The position numbers and the translations under genes are program-made. A stretch of DNA of 64,000 nucleotides from Phaeosaccion multiseriatum. Taxonomy: Eukaryota > Protista > Ochrophyta, other classes. The DNA is taken from NCBI GenBank assembly GCA_965112735.1, contig OZ218965.1, positions 620,001-684,000 on the forward strand, given 5' to 3'. The notes beneath the pieces are model-generated. The model searched no databases, had not been told where the DNA came from, and worked only from the letters and a program-made list of their open reading frames with translations. Positions 24,374 through 39,100 of the stretch are shown one piece after another. Position 1 is the stretch's first letter. Each line of letters starts with the position of its first letter.

Positions 24374-26048
24374 TCATTTCTTGAACAAGACGGCCGCCGC
24401 GAGGTGAAGAAAGGCCATGATCATGCGGGCAAGAAGCAGCACGGCCTCTGCGACGCACAGCACCAGAGCCTTGGCCCGCCGTGAAGGGCCTCGTGACTCT
24501 ACAAGGCGTCTCTGAGCCTTGCGGAATCGGTCAACCCTTTTGCTGCCAGCATCGCTGGACGCCTCCACCTCTTCGTCCTTCGCTGCCGCCCGGCTCTGGC
24601 GCTTTCTGCTACTGCTGCTGCCTGTGCCTCGCTCTTTTCGGCGTCTATGGTGGCCCTCTGATCTCTTCTTCTTCCTCTTCTTCTTTTTCTTCTTCGACGG
24701 CTCTCCTATGGCAATCGGCCCCTCTTCTTCCGCCTCCTCCTCGGCACCGCGAGAGGCAGTAGCAGCCGCAGCAGCGGGGGTGCCCATCATTGATAATGCA
24801 TCCTCCGGAGTCAGAAGCTCAGGGAGGGGCGGGGGCTCCGAAGCGTCTGAGGCCGACTGCGCAGAGAGAGCAAGGCGCTTCTTGGCCAATCGCTCCTTCT
24901 CCTCGGCCGTTGGCGAAAAGGGGCACTCGCCTGGCACGGGAGGATAAAAGGCAAGGAGAAGGAAGATGAGGGGTTTTTGATGGGCACGTGGCAGTGCGGC
25001 CCCACCTTTCGCATTTTTGGGGGTTTCGTCTTCGTTACAAAGCGTACGCGTACCTTTCCCCAGGCGTTCCATAGCGGAGTCGATTTCCTTCCACGTGACG
25101 GCAGCGTTGGCTCCAAACTCCTCGGGCCCTCCCATGAAGGACGGAATGTGGTCGTGTTCCACAGTCTCCTCCAGCTTCTTCAGCCCCTTCTCTCCAGATC
25201 CCTGTGTGCGCGTGCGTGCGTGCGTGGTTAGTGTTGGCGTGTTGGAAGATGTTGAGTTTTTGTGGCCTTTGTCTTGTCCCAAGTCCCCACACTCAGGAAG
25301 GCAAGTAAGTCACTCAGTCCCTCACTCACCGCTCAATCACTCCCTCCCTCCCTCCCTCACTCACTCACCAGCACGCTGATCTTGGCGAGAGTCTCCTCTC
25401 CCAATATAGGCTCCACCATCCCCCAGGCCTTGGAGAAGATCCATGGCGCATTGACGATCTTCAGCCCCTTGACCATATCGGCGTAGTTGTCCTTGAAGAT
25501 CTCATTGATGGCCCTTTACAGGAGCAGCAATCGGCCGGGATGGATGGAGAGGAAGGAGGGGAATGATGCAGTCAGCGAGCGAGGCGGGCAAGAGACCCCC
25601 CCGTCCCTCCCCCCTGGCGAGCAAGACATCCCCTCCTCCCCCCCCACGCCCTGCCTGCCTGCCTGGCCAGAGGCCCTTCACCCCCTCACCCCCTCACCTG
25701 GTGTACGTGATTGAGTCCTTCGCCAGGTGCCTCATCCCCAGACCCGTGAGGTCCAGCACGCTCACCATCTGCGTGACTGGGCGGCCCTGCTCCCTGCTCA
25801 TCTTACTCAGCACAAACCTGCGACGGATCTTTTCACCACAAAGCACGGAGCATTGGCATGTACGCACACATACATATGCAACGCCTTGACATTGCTTGCC
25901 ATCGATGGACGGGTTGGGCCAGCAGTAGTCATTGCCGTTTACTTACGCCCTACGTACCTCCATGTTTTGGCAGTAGAGCCGCACGATATCCTCCATCTCC
26001 AAAGCGTTGGGCTCCTTCCGCATCTCTCCAATGTTCTAAGGGAAAGTG

Positions 26049-26098
<50 letters not shown>

Positions 26099-27886
26099 GC
26101 ACACACACACACACGCATCGATGGAAAAGGAATACACGTCAAGCGGTCACACACACACCCGCGCATGAAACGAAAGGATCCAATACGAGCTTTGCTGATA
26201 CCCACCGCCCACTCACCGCGAGGCCCAGCCTGTCGAAGAAGAGCGGGTTGTCCTTCTTGTCTCTGCCGTGGAAGCCCGTGGGCCACAGTTCTCTGTGCTT
26301 GAGCATCTTAGCCTTGGATACTCTGTGACTGAACATGTCATTGGCACCATAGCTCACGCGCCAAGCCGCTGCCCGACGCATCGCGTCCCTCGCCTGTCCG
26401 TCCGAGGGTGGGTATGTGAGTATGGAGCAGTGCACGGGCATACGGGTCAGGTCGTTCGTTCTCCATCTTGCCTCGTCTCTGGACTCTATAACATCTGCAT
26501 AGCAGGCGCCTTCGCTGCTTTTCTCCGCGTGTCCCCCGTCTGCTCCCAGCCAACCAACCCTCGCTTCTCGTCCCGTCCCGTCCCCTCCCCTCCCCATGTT
26601 AACCCACTTTCTGGAGGTTGAACTTGACCGGTCGAGCGAAGGAGAGAATCAGGAGATTCACATCACCTGCCCAGTCAGTCACAGCAGCAGCAGAGGCGAG
26701 AGAGCGCCAAAAGAGTCAACGCGACGACGGGCGAACGAAGACAACATCTTCTCCATCCATCCCAACATCCTCTTTGTAATACAAGGCCGATAATACAGCA
26801 CTCACCACAGATGGCGCTGGGTATAAGAGCCTCGCTTTCTTCTCTCGACAGCCCCTCCCCACCCTCCTCCCCTTCCCTGCCCTCGAAGAAAGCTTTGAGG
26901 CTGTCAAAGGCCTCCCTGTCCTCTTCTGACAAGGCGTCGATGTCCTCCACCACCGCTTCCTTCACCCTGCCAGCAGCCAGCCAAGGAGATAAGAAACAAC
27001 CGCAAAAATGATATCAGATGTCGGGCAGACAAATTCAAGACTGAAGAGCGTGGCTGGACTGATTGCTGCGCCTGCTATCGTCGTGCTCAAAACGAGGATA
27101 ACGAAGGACGTCCCAACTCTAGTCTCTCTCTCCTTACCTGTCCACCTGCTCTTCTAGTCTGCCCAGCAGAATCTCTTCGGCCTCAGGGAGGAAGGATTGC
27201 CAGTCTCGACCTTGGCGATCCGTCCGTATTTGCTGCTCCTGCTCCTGCTCCTCCTCCTCCTCCTGCTCCTGTTGCTGCTCCTCTCCAGTCAGTCCGGCCA
27301 AGAGCGTCGCCTCACTTGCTTGCTGTGCTTCCTCATCCTCCCCGCCCTCCTCCCCATCAATCACCTGCAGCCCCCCACTCTCTGTCGCTGCTTCGGCCTG
27401 CGGCACTGATGTGACTGCGGCTCCAACCACCGCTCCTCCTTCCCCCTTTCCATCTTGTGTCTTGCGAGCAAGCACCGCTTCTGTCTCTCGCATCAGCGCC
27501 TCCATCCTCACCAGGCATTGCTTCATCCGCACCACATCACTAATGCTACTACTATCGCCCCTCTCGTCGGCGGCATCGACGTCTCTACTTATACTGACAT
27601 TTCTGCCCCCCCCCCAACTGCTGCTATCCGTGACATTGGAAGGCTTGAGCAAGTCCTCCACTTCCTTTAAGCGCCCCTCCAACCGCTGCACGTCCTGAAG
27701 TAGCCCTTCCTGCGTCTTGATCTTGGCGTACGCCATACCAGCGTTTGCCCCGACGAAGCCACACGCACATCGCGGCGAGCCGAGCACAATAAAGGCTTGG
27801 AGCAAGCGCAGCAGCTTCCTGCCCCTACATTGCTGCCGTTTGCCGCCGCCTCTCCTACTGCGGCTAGTTCGACTCACTCCGTCCAT
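24374..27886 (-). CDS. CRAL-TRIO/Sec14 lipid-binding protein with acidic N-terminal extension and basic/hydrophobic tail
   Basis: AAWR..., WPTGFHGRDKKDNPLFFDRLG, VLDLTGLG, DNYADMVKGLKIVNAPWIFSKAWGMVEPIL..TLAKISV, IPSFMGG. Confidence 0.88.
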
Positions 27887-28085
27887 CGTTGGCACCCGCT
27901 CTCGCCGCTGGAGTAGCAGCGTCTGCTGGGTACCCACTTTGGATCCACTTTAAACGAGAGAGCGAAGGTCACGAGTGTAGTCGCCACCTGTGATTCCCGA
28001 AGCACCAAGAAGGAAAGAAAACTCCGCAGCCCCTTGCGACCCAACTTTTCTTTCTATTCCTCTTATTTACATCACAAGCCCCTCT

Positions 28086-31000
28086 TCATGTACGTCCGTT
28101 TCTCACTAGGGCCTCTTGTCTTCTCCGCGCAATTTCCCCCATGGGCACCGGCGGCTGCTTCTGCCTCTCCCTCAGCGCGGCCCCCCACCTCCTTGTGGCA
28201 TGCAGCCGGGTTCCCCTCTTGGTACGGCGGAAGTCGCCCCCGTCTTGACTCCCATCGGCGCTGCTCTTGATCAGGTAGCCCAGGAAGGCGGTCTCCAAGT
28301 CGGCTCGCTCGATGAGGCGGTCGGTATCGACATCTGGGGCCCTACTCTCGAGCGTCTGCATCATGGCGAGAGGCGTGTTGTGTCCCGCCTGCATGTAGGC
28401 AAGGGCCTCCTTCTCCACTAGCATATCCCTCTTGCGCTGGCGCAGCTTGCTCTTAATGGCCCTGCTCTCCTTCACCCTACGCTTGCGCTTCCGCTCCGCT
28501 GCTTCCTGCTGGAGCCTGCGCACCCTTGCGACCCTCTGCTGCACGGTCATACCCCTCCCGTCCACCTCTCCCAGCTCCTCGCCCGTCTCCCCCTTCATCA
28601 CCACCACTTCCGCGGCGAGGGACACTCGATCGTTGAGCTGGGCGGTCAGGTGCGGCTGCTGGACGTGCCGAGAGCTGTGGCGAGGAGCGAGATGCCCGCT
28701 GCCTGCCACTCTGCTTCCCCTGCTTCTGCCTCCATACCCTGCTTCCAGCAGTGTGCTCCCCACCCCTCCGTCCTCCCCCCCCCCGAGGCCAGCCCCCCAC
28801 CCTAGAGCCCTAAGCGCCTCCTCCTTGGCTTGAGCCTCCACGGCGTGTGCTGCCTCGTCTCTCCGCCGTCGGAGCGCCTGCACGCACGCACGCACGCACA
28901 TCGCAAGCAAGACAGCAGGTCGTTTCATGCACCGCCATCATCGTCGGGGAAAGAGTAGAGTATTTGGGAAGGAAAGGAAGACCCATTCTAACGGCTAGGG
29001 GCGAGAGGAAAGGAGGAGAGGAGCGAGATGGATGTAGACTGTCACGAGGAGGGTGGCTAGAACCAGTCCGTTAGCGTGTGACTCACGCCAAAACCGTTCG
29101 CTCCCCACTCACTCACTCACTCACTCACTCACTCACTCACTCACTCACTCACTCACTCACTCACTCACTCACTCACTCACTCACTCACTCACTCACTCAC
29201 TCACTCACTCACTCACTCACTCACTCACTCACTCACTCACTCACTCACTCACTCACTCACTCACTCACTCGCCCACTCACCTTGAGTATGACGTCATAGT
29301 CCTCGAGGAAGCCTGCAGCCCTGCGCTGCTCGGGTCGAACCCTTCTCTCCTCCTCCAGGGCCTCCACCTCCTGGCAAGCGTCTCGGAAGGCGTCAGCGAG
29401 GCGTACGAGCTCTACCCCCGCCGCCGCCAGTTCGTGATTCACCGCCTCCAGAGCTGCTTCGGTGGGCGCCATGGTGTCCAGAGCTGCTGTCGTGGAGCCG
29501 AAAATGGACTCCTCCGAAAGCGCATCACATCCCCAATCGAGACCGTCAAAGGAACCAAAGGCAGCAGAGGAACCAGAGACACCTTCACTATCACTATCAC
29601 CATCATCGTCATCATCAGCAGCGGCAGTAGGAGAACCAGGAGTAGCAGGAGCAGCAGCAGGAGAACCAGGAGCAGCAGCGGCAGCAGCAGGAGAACCAGG
29701 AGGAGAAGGAGCCGCAGCAGGAGCAGAAGGAGCAGCAGCAGTTGGTGATACAGCAGCAGGAGTAGAGGGGGAGGGGGCAGCCACGACAAAGAACTGCCCC
29801 CCCATGGCCTGACTCACGCCCGTCACGCCCTCGGGCCCTTGGGTGGGCAGACTCTTCTGCAGCTGCTCCGTGGCTCGCCGCTGCCGCTTCTTGGCCACCT
29901 CAACCTTGGCTCGCATAACCTCGGCCCTTCGCCGCTGTTCCGCTGTACCGCCTCGGGTCAGCGCTAGTGCTCCTCCCTGTGACATGGGTCTCCCCTGCTG
30001 CCCTTGCTGCCCCCCTGGGGACTCTGTAGTGGTGGCCGCGGCTGAGCCTTCCTCTGCGAGTAGAGCTTCTTGCACGTCGGTCACACTCCTCCTGACGCTG
30101 ACGAGAGCGCGCGCGAGCAGAAAGGCCTCCGTTTCCAGCACTACTTTGGGCTCACTGCCGCCGCCCCTCGCGCTACCGCTCCTGCTACTATCTACCACAC
30201 TACTGCTGCTGTTGCCACCGCTGCTGCTTCTGATACTGCTGCTACCACTCGTTCTACTACTACTGCCACTCCTGCTCTTATTGCCACCAGCACTGGCACT
30301 CCTACTACTATCCGAGGCACCGGGTAGAGCGTGCCTGGTGAGGGTAGGGCCGCTGCTGCTACTGCTACTGCTACTGCTACTGCTACTACTACTGCTACTA
30401 CTTCTACTTCTACTACTTTCAGCACCGCCACTCCTCCTGCTCTTGCTCTCTGTGCTGCTCTGGGCGCTACTGCTCATTCTCGACCGCTGACCTGGACTGT
30501 TCCTACCATCACTCGCACGGCTGCTTCCAGCGCTTACGCTCCGACCTCCACTGCTCCTCCTACTCCTACTACTCCTACTACTCCTACTACTACTACTACT
30601 CCCACTGCTACTGCCAATACTACTACCGTTGCTCCTACTGCTAGTACTGCTGCGAGATGTTTGACTACCGCTGGCACCTGACTCGTCCCTGCCCTCACCA
30701 TCCGCCCCTCTCCCAGGAAGGGAGACTTGCAGCGTCTCCTTCCAAGTCTCTGCCCAATCCTCTGAGAACACCTCCGTGCTGCGCCTCCTCCCGCCGTCCA
30801 CAACTCCTCGGAGGTCAACCCCCCCTCCCCCTCCCCCCTCCCCCGTACCTCCCCCAGCCTCCCCGTCCCGCTGGGTGCGCGTCCGGACTCGCTCCCTCAC
30901 CCGCTTCGTGGACTCCTTATCCCTCTGCTCCTGTTGCTGCCCATGCCGGATCAGAGTCCTCTGCATGTCCGCCCTCAGCGTCTGCTTGGCCTGCAAGTCT

Positions 31001-33706
31001 AGTCTCGTCATCTCCATCCTATCCTGCGTTGCCTCAGCTTTCCTCCTTGACATATCAAGCCGTTTCTCCAACCCCTGTACCGCCTCCGCCGCTCCCTTCA
31101 CCTCTCTATCGAGCCTTAGGCTGCCTGTACTCTGCGGTACCACCTGCCGAAGGGCTGCCATCTCATCCGCGTGGTCGAGCAGTGCCAGACACTCCTCCGA
31201 GCGCTTTTGAACAAGTCCCTCCAGCACTGCCAGTCGCTGGGCCCGCGCCCCCGCTCCGTCAAAGTCTCGTTGGTCTTCCTCCTCTTCCTGCGCCCGCCTC
31301 ACTTCTGCATCCTGCCGCTCCCTCTCTAGGCCGCGGGAGGCCTGTTGGGCAGCAGTCAAGGCCTCTGCCCTCCCCTCGAGCCGCTTGTTCGCACCGGCAA
31401 GCGCATCCTGCAAGCGACTGAGCTTCGCGCGCTGCTGAATGCACGCTTCGCACTGCAAGTCGTACCAGTGAGTCATAAAACCACCATCCTCAGCTGTATC
31501 AGTCGTATCACCACCTTCCTCAGTTGCTCCTGGTGCGCCCGCGCCTTTGTCACTATTACTGCTTCTGCTGCTCTCCGCTTCCAGCTCCTCTTTCATCTCT
31601 TCTCGCTCTCTCTCGAGCATACGCACATTCCTTCCTAGGGCCTCTACTTGGGTAGCGAGGGCTCGTACGTCCTCACGAGCGGCTGCGTGCTCGGGGATGG
31701 CGACGGTTCGAGTGCGGAGCCGCTGTGTCTCCAACGCCTCCTGTCGCTGCACCATCTCCTGCGTGGCATAGGCCCTTCTCCTCGTCTCTCGCCTCTCCCC
31801 CGCCTCCCTCCTCGCCTCCTCCGCCCCTTCCCTCCCCCCCTTGAGCTGCTCCAATGCCTCTCTACAGGCCTGTACCATGTCTGCTACTTTGTCTCTGTGC
31901 ATATCGCTGTCCACCCTCCTGCCCAGCAGCTCCGTCGTCCGCTCCACCACCGCTCTCAGCTCCACCGAGTCGCCATCCACTGCCATCTCATCCACTGCCA
32001 TCGCGCTTACCCCCTCGCCTGCTCCGAGTGGGGCTGTGAGGGGCTTTGGATTAGGCTTCTTCCTTTTGAGAAAGGGTTCGGCCCTGCGTGGGAACGCAAA
32101 GCCCTCGTGGCCTGCAGCATCGAGCATCCACTCCACCATGGTATGTGCCTCCCTGCCCACGCTTTTTTGCCCATGCCAATCGAGCGCCTGAAACGGCAGA
32201 GCCAAAGACCACAGGGGGGGAGGGGGGGGGGGAGCAGCGGTGGAGAATGACATGCACGTATGAGCAAGTCTAGCTCAAGGAAAAACAAGCTAATAAGGAA
32301 GATATACTTTCTTAGCGCACACAAAATCCATCCTCCCTCCCTCCCTCCCTCACCTTCTCCGGCACCTTGTCCTCATCCCCCAGCAGCCCCTCGAGGCGGT
32401 CGATGGCCTCCCTCGCAAGGCACGTGCTCCTCAGCAGCACGGCCCGCATGCTCGTGTTGACTGTCAGCCCCACTGTAAGCGCCGCCTCCACCCCGTGCTC
32501 CGAGAGCTTGTTGCCGGACAGGTTTAGGAACTTTAGCGTAGAGTTGCAGCACAAGGCAGCCGACAAGGCCTGTGCATGCGTGTGTGTGTGTGTGTATGTG
32601 TGCGTGTGTGTGTGTGTGGGCATGTAGGGAGAGAGGAGTGAGAAGACTCAGAAGACTGTATTTATCCACCCATCCATCCATCCATCCATCCATCCATCCA
32701 TCCATCCATCCATCTATCCATCCATCCATCTATCCATCCATCTATCCATCCGTCCATCCACCCATCCCCTCGTTCATCCCAAGCCCCAAGCCAAGTCGTC
32801 TCTAGCCTCTGCTTCGTCTGACCTTGACGCCGAGCAGCCCGACGCCGGCGTTGAGCAGCCACAGCGACTCGAGCTTGCAGCCGTGGGGGTTGGCCAGGGC
32901 CGCAGCGAGGCAGATGGCACCTCGGTCTCCGAAACGCCGCAAGTGGAGAGTCTCGGCGACTTTGGTGGGGATGGTCCTCCAGCCTGAAGGCATACAGAGA
33001 AACGGATATACAGACATACAGGCATATGGGCAGGGGGTAAGGAGGCGAGAGATTGCATTACATTACACATGAGGGAAGATACTCGCATCTGTATGAGGCA
33101 GAGCGCGCTCAAGCGAAAGGCATCAAAGAACCCGCTTCAACTTCAACTTCAACTTCAGCTTCAGCCTCAGCTTCAGCTTTGTCGAAGTCAAGCACTGCAA
33201 ACATGCCATTGAGCTGCACGTGGGGTAGGCTTGATGGGAGGAGCCTCACATGAGCAAAAGAGCTCTGGCCAATGTACGGTTACGTGGCTTAGGGGAAAGC
33301 CCCCAGGGATGAAGGAATGAGTCAGTGTAGTAGCAGGAAGACATGGCACAGTCAGTGACAGGCGTCTTTCCCCAACAAACCCTAGGCTGACTGACCTGAG
33401 TGGCTATTGTGTAGACAGCCCCCGAGCGCGAGCATCTTGAGCCGGCAGGTGGACTGCGAGAGGAGGTTAGCGATGCTCTTGCAGCCCACGAATCCGAAGG
33501 GGTTGTGGCTCATATTGAGCGTGTGGAGCACGGGCAGAGACTCCAGAGCCACGGCCACCTACAAGGACAAGGGGTGGAGGGGAGAGAGGAGACGCACTTG
33601 TTGTGTTAGGTTGAAGGCGAGTAGCAGGATGCGCCGAAAGAAGGGGTTGTACGCACACATACTCATATATACATACTCACACATACATGCACACGTACAT
33701 ACCCAA

Positions 33707-33740
<34 letters not shown>

Positions 33741-33771
33741 ACCCACCCACACACCCACCCACCCACCCACC

Positions 33772-33845
<74 letters not shown>

Positions 33846-35709
33846 ATCCTTGTCGACTTCGGTTCGATGCTGCCGTGCACCCTCCTTCTCCCTGACCTTG
33901 TGCGCCCCCTCGTCGAGTATCTCATTGTTGTTGATGTACAGCTCCTGCAGGTTGCGAGTCCCTCTCAGTCCTTCCGCTAAGGCCTTGGCCCCGTCGTCGC
34001 CGATGGCGTTGTCTACAAGGTACAGGCGAGTCAACACACTCACCTGCACATGAGTGGGAGTCATATGCAGCAGAAGGAGGAGGAGGAGAAGGACGAGGAG
34101 GTCAGTGGTGAATGGTTGAGACGCTGCAGGGAGGAAGGACCCTAGTGATGCGGACTAACGTACACCCCCCCCCCCCCCACCCCACCCCAAACACACACAC
34201 ACATCAGCAGCTCAACCGACCTACCCCACCCCCCTCTACCCACCTTGAGGGCCGGCCCCAGGGCTCTCGCTCCGTCGTCGCCGATCAGCTCACACGATAG
34301 GTCCACCGTCCGCATGCTGAGACGCACCTCCTCCCTAGAGCCGTGCAGGAGCACGCGCAGTACCTCTGCGAGCTTATCCATACCGGCAAGGCCCCACTTG
34401 CCGCCGTATCTCCCCTCCGCCTCAGAGCTCTCCGCCATAGAGCCCTCGCTCCTCTCGTCGTCGCCCTCCTGTCGAGGTTTGGAGGAAAGCTGGAGCATCT
34501 CCTCCTCCACTCCCTTCTGCAGGCTGTCCCTCTCCCCGGCCAGGTCGACGGATGTGTCATCCCATTTCGTCACTCGGAAGTCCGCCTTGATGTTCATCAG
34601 CCGCTGCCGCTCCTCCTCCGCCCTACGCACCATACGCCTCAGATGGTGCTGTGTGGCTGCCTCCACTGCCTGTGCCATGACGGTGCGCAGGAGGCGGTTG
34701 GCCACGAGCATGCTCAACACGGCGCTGTCCTGCGCGGCCTTGGCCTTGGGGTCCAGAGGCGGGGCTTCCTCCTCTTCTTCTTCGCCGCCTTCTTCGCGCG
34801 GATCCCTGTTCTTCCTTCCCTTCCCTCTTCTATGCGAAGCATCATCATCATCATCGTCGCTGTCGCTGTCTGTGTCGCTATCACCACCGTCCCTCTTCTG
34901 GGCTTTAGCTTCGGCGGCCTGCCTCTCTTCCTTTGCCTTCCCGTCCTCCTCCGGTTCAGCGGTCGAGTCATCGTCGGTAGGATGCGCTTGGCCTTGCAGA
35001 AGGATCATCACTCGGGAGCTGTTCTTCTTCATAGAGCCTCCGCCATCCTCCCCTTTCTCTGTTTCCGCCTGCATGAATGACTTGCCCGAGGTCGACTCTC
35101 TCGACCCCTTGAGGGCGCTGCGCAGAGGCTTAGCCTCCATGGAGCCCGGTCTGTGCAGAACCACACCCTCCTCGTCACCCGCAGGAGGGGGATCAGCATC
35201 ACTTGGCAGCTTCTCCTTCTCCTCCTCTTGCTGCTGCTGCTGCACGGCAGGCTCTGCCGCTGCGTTGGCCTCTGAAGCACTGGGGAGTACCCACGACGAA
35301 TCCTGGGTGCTGAGGTTGTAGTAGTAAGCGTTTCCCTCCTCATCCTCCAGCTCCTCCCAGTAGTCGAACTCATCGGCTTCTGTACCCTCGCCGCCGAGAG
35401 CAAGGGCCGTGGAATCGTACCCATAGCCCGATCCCCCCCAGGACGTAGCGTCGTAGCTGTAGCCTTCCCACTCTGCTTGGTACGGCTCCGTCTCAACGAC
35501 CTCTACATGCTGCCAATCCTCCTCACTGGACGCGCAGGAAAGGAGCGAGCAAAGGAGGGAACAGGTCAAGGTAAGGGAGTCCACACAGAGGAGTAGGAGG
35601 TGGTGACTCATCACCCAAAAAGTAGAGAGATTTTCACTTACCCTTCGTCGTCGTACGCCTTGTACGGCGTGATGAGGGCAAGGGATCCTACCCCCTCATC
35701 TTCATTCAT
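28086..35709 (-). CDS. Large WW-domain + RNI-like LRR + coiled-coil/Ser-rich protein, multi-exon
   Basis: WW motif [27 protein letters not shown]; LRR units [44 protein letters not shown]. The last LRR exon splices in frame (EK|gt...ag|ALDWHG) into the 29257-32253 ORF and then into the final exon ending at 28086. Confidence 0.7.
29106..29280. repeat. (CACT)n microsatellite, reading (GTGA)n on the coding strand next to a splice donor
   Basis: About 40 tetramer units seen directly. Confidence 0.95.
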
Positions 35710-36186
35710 CTCGTCTCCGAAATGGAGCTGCCCCCCGCTCACATGGCAGCTATTTTGGCGAGGAGGGGAAAAAGTGTAGAGCTGAAAATATGTCAATTAA
35801 GCGTTTCAGAATTTGAGTTTCGTTTTCAGTGAAGTAACTGAGCCTTGATATCGACTTTTCTCCCTTTTTTCTTCTTCTTCTCTCTTCTTGGGCTGTAAAC
35901 CAGCGTCCCTCTTTCGTTTGTGCTAGGTATGAGAGCAGTGACCTGACTTTCCAAGTGTGAACTCGTTTGACGAGGAGGACGAAAGAGACGAGTGCCTTTC
36001 GTGGGGCGTTTTGTGGAGGTCTCGTGAGGACGGAGGACAGAGCAGAATCACACAGTGGAGGGCAAGCGACGAATTTGGAACTCCCAGCAGTAGACAAAGA
36101 AGAAGCAGTAACAGTAGCCGCAGGAGGAGGAGGAGAGAAAGGAGGGGGAGCAGAGAGGAGGAGGAGGAGGAGGAGGAAGAGGAGCC

Positions 36187-39100
36187 ATGTCCTTGTCAGT
36201 GGAAGACGATGTGGACGGAGACGACGCCTTCGCAGATTTGGCTGCACAGGAGTCCACGCTGAAAGAGCATGCTGCAGTGACGAGCGAGGAAAGCGTGGAC
36301 TTCTCCATCGCATACAGTTGTCTGAAGGAGCTGGAGAACGCGAAGACGCTCGACCTTGCTGTCAGCGAGAACTTCCGGAAAAGGTGGGTGTGGCCTTCCT
36401 TCCCCTTCTTCAGCAGAGATATGGCCTTGTGCCTCCTTAAGTGCGGGATTTCTGGAGTATCTCAACGTGACTTGAGCTCGTCACAGCCTTCTTGGGGCCC
36501 TCCTCACCGTTTGCTTGCCTGTCATCCTCCGCCACCCCCCCTCCCTCCCTTTAGCTATCGTCAAATGCACGACACTGTCAGCGAGGCCCACAGAGGAGAA
36601 CGAAATATCCTGAAGAAGGCTCGCGCGTTGAGGAATGAGGCTCTGGGAGAGGCCATCCGATTGCAGAAGAGCGAGCTTGCGCACGAGGAGGTGCTGCAGG
36701 ATGTGGAAAGACTGGAACAGGAGAAGGACACACTCAGCACGCAGTTGGTGGATTTGGAGCAGCAGGATACCATGCTGCGATACGAGGTGCGCGAAGGATT
36801 TTTAGAGAAGAGAAGAGGGGAGTGGAGAGGAGTGGAGAGGAGTGGAGAGGAGTGGAGAGGAGAGGAGAGTAGGGGAGATGAGATGAGGGGAGGGAGGCGA
36901 GGAGAGGCGAGGGTAGGAGAGAAGAGAATATGCCAGAAGAGAAGAGAAGAGTGTAGAGGAGAGGAAAGGAGAGGAGGGAAGGGAGGAGAGGAGAGGGTAG
37001 GAGTAGAGTGGAGAAGAGAAGAGGTACAGTAGGTGGTGGGGCTGCCATTCATGGCTTGCATGCCATATTATAGGCAGGTGAAAAGTGCGAGAGAAGTGTG
37101 ATATCTTCACCGGAATGAGGCTCGAAGGGGCGCTATGAATCGTGGGAATTCCCTCTCTATGATTCCACGCACCCAACACTGGTCGCCTACTCTGCCTGAC
37201 CCTGAAATGACTCATGAACTTACTCAGGTCGGGGAGCTACATAACACCAAGACAGACTTCATGGACCAATTAGAGGACATCAAGCACGAGAACGAGAAGC
37301 TCGTCGGCCCGGAGCTGGAACGACTCCGGCAAACTCTAGGTAAGTAAATGGGTATACCAGAGAGATGTACTAGTCAATTGTGAAAACCCCCTCCTCCAAT
37401 CCTTCTTCCCTCTCCTAGACCTGAGCGCTCTTAACCATTTCCATCGAATTCTGCCACCCATCGCTCCGCAGGCAATCTGAAGGACGAGCACATGAAGCTT
37501 GGCGAGGAGTGCAGCAAGAACGCCGAGAGGCAGGAGCAGCTCCTCAAGAGGCACCAAGACCTAAAGAGGTGAGTGAGAGGAGGCCCTCATTGACAGTCAT
37601 GAGCGAGCACTTGAGTCATTAGGAGGATGGAGAGAGCATCAAGTCGGACCTCGAAGGATGCTTACTTGTCGACTCGGTGACCCAAAGCGCACACCCCACT
37701 CACTGACACCCAAACTGATACATGACACCTCTCTTCGTCTCTGCAGGGAGCGGGCGGAGCTCGAGTCTGTGATTCACCACAACGAAGTCAACCTGCACAA
37801 GGTCAAGCAAGAGCCCGAGCGGATCAACAAGCAGGCAGACTCGGTCGCCAAAGCCACAGAGACCATCAGGAGGAAGTGCAAAAGGTGAGTGAGTTGTGCA
37901 CATTCATGGCATTGGGCGGCCCTCCTGTACCCTCGGTGCCTTATTTCTCCACCCCCCCTCGCCTCGGCAAGTACCCCCGTCTCACTTCTTCCCCCGGCGG
38001 CATCTTTTTTCGTTCGCCATACAGATGCGAGCAACAGACACGCAGACAAAGAGAGAGAGGGGGCTGAGAAGAAGAAACTAACCGCCAAACAACCAACCTA
38101 ACACTCTGTCCATGTGTGACCTTTCCCCCCACTCCCCTCCCCCCCCCTTCCCCCCTCCGCTTTGTACTGTCCTTTGCTCTGTCCTTTCCACCGTCTGCTT
38201 TACCCGTCTGCTTTACCCGTCTGCTTTACCCTTTGCTCTACACACGGCAGGTACCAGAGCAAGATCACAGAGCTCGACGACGAGATTGCACGCATGGAGG
38301 ACAAGCGAGTGGAGGCGGAGGGGCTCAAGGTAGAGCTGGACCAGAAACTCAAACTACACAGAGAGACCATCGACCACCGGCAGAAGGACGTGGAGGCCGT
38401 TACCAAGAATCTGGTACGTCCTGTGCCCTATGGAGGCATATGGAGGCATATGGAGGCATATGGAGGCATCGAAAGGCCTACGGGGATTTGAGTCGGGCTC
38501 GAGTGTCCTGCGGGGGGGGGGGCAGGGGAAGTGGGAGGAGGGCATTCTTGTGGACGGCGTGGCTAGGGCGTGGTTGAGACACAGTGCGGCGAGACAAGGT
38601 GGTGAAGCACCCCCTCCTGACCTTCGCCCCCCCCTCCTCCTCTCCACCCCCCCAGGACCTGGAGCGTGCTCGGCACCACCACCTCATGACGGAGAAGATG
38701 GAGAAGGACTTGTGCAGGAGGGACGTGGACGAGGCGCTTAGGAGGGAGAAGGACGGCCTCGCCTTGGCCAGGAAGGACTACGAGGTGTGTGCGTGTGTGC
38801 GTGTGTGCGTGTGTACGTGTGTGCGTGTGTGCGTGTGTACGTGTGTGCGTGTGTGCGTGTGTACGTGTGTGAGTATGTGCGTGGGTGCATCACCCCGCGC
38901 CCCTCTTGCCTATCTCATCTCTCCCTCTCTCTCTCTCGCTTACCTCTCATCTCTCTCTCCCCCTCCCTCCCTCCCTCCCTCCCTCCCTCCCTCCCTCCCT
39001 CCCTCCCTCCCTCCCTCCCTCCCTCCCTCCCTCCCTCCCTCCCTCCCTTTCTCTCTCTCCGTCAGGTACTGAAGCGCAAGTTGCGCAACAAACACCTCAT

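Noticed and set aside
29843-32250. Plus-strand Leu/Ser/Pro-rich ORFs
   Set aside because: Antisense shadows of the minus-strand coiled-coil/Ser-rich exon.
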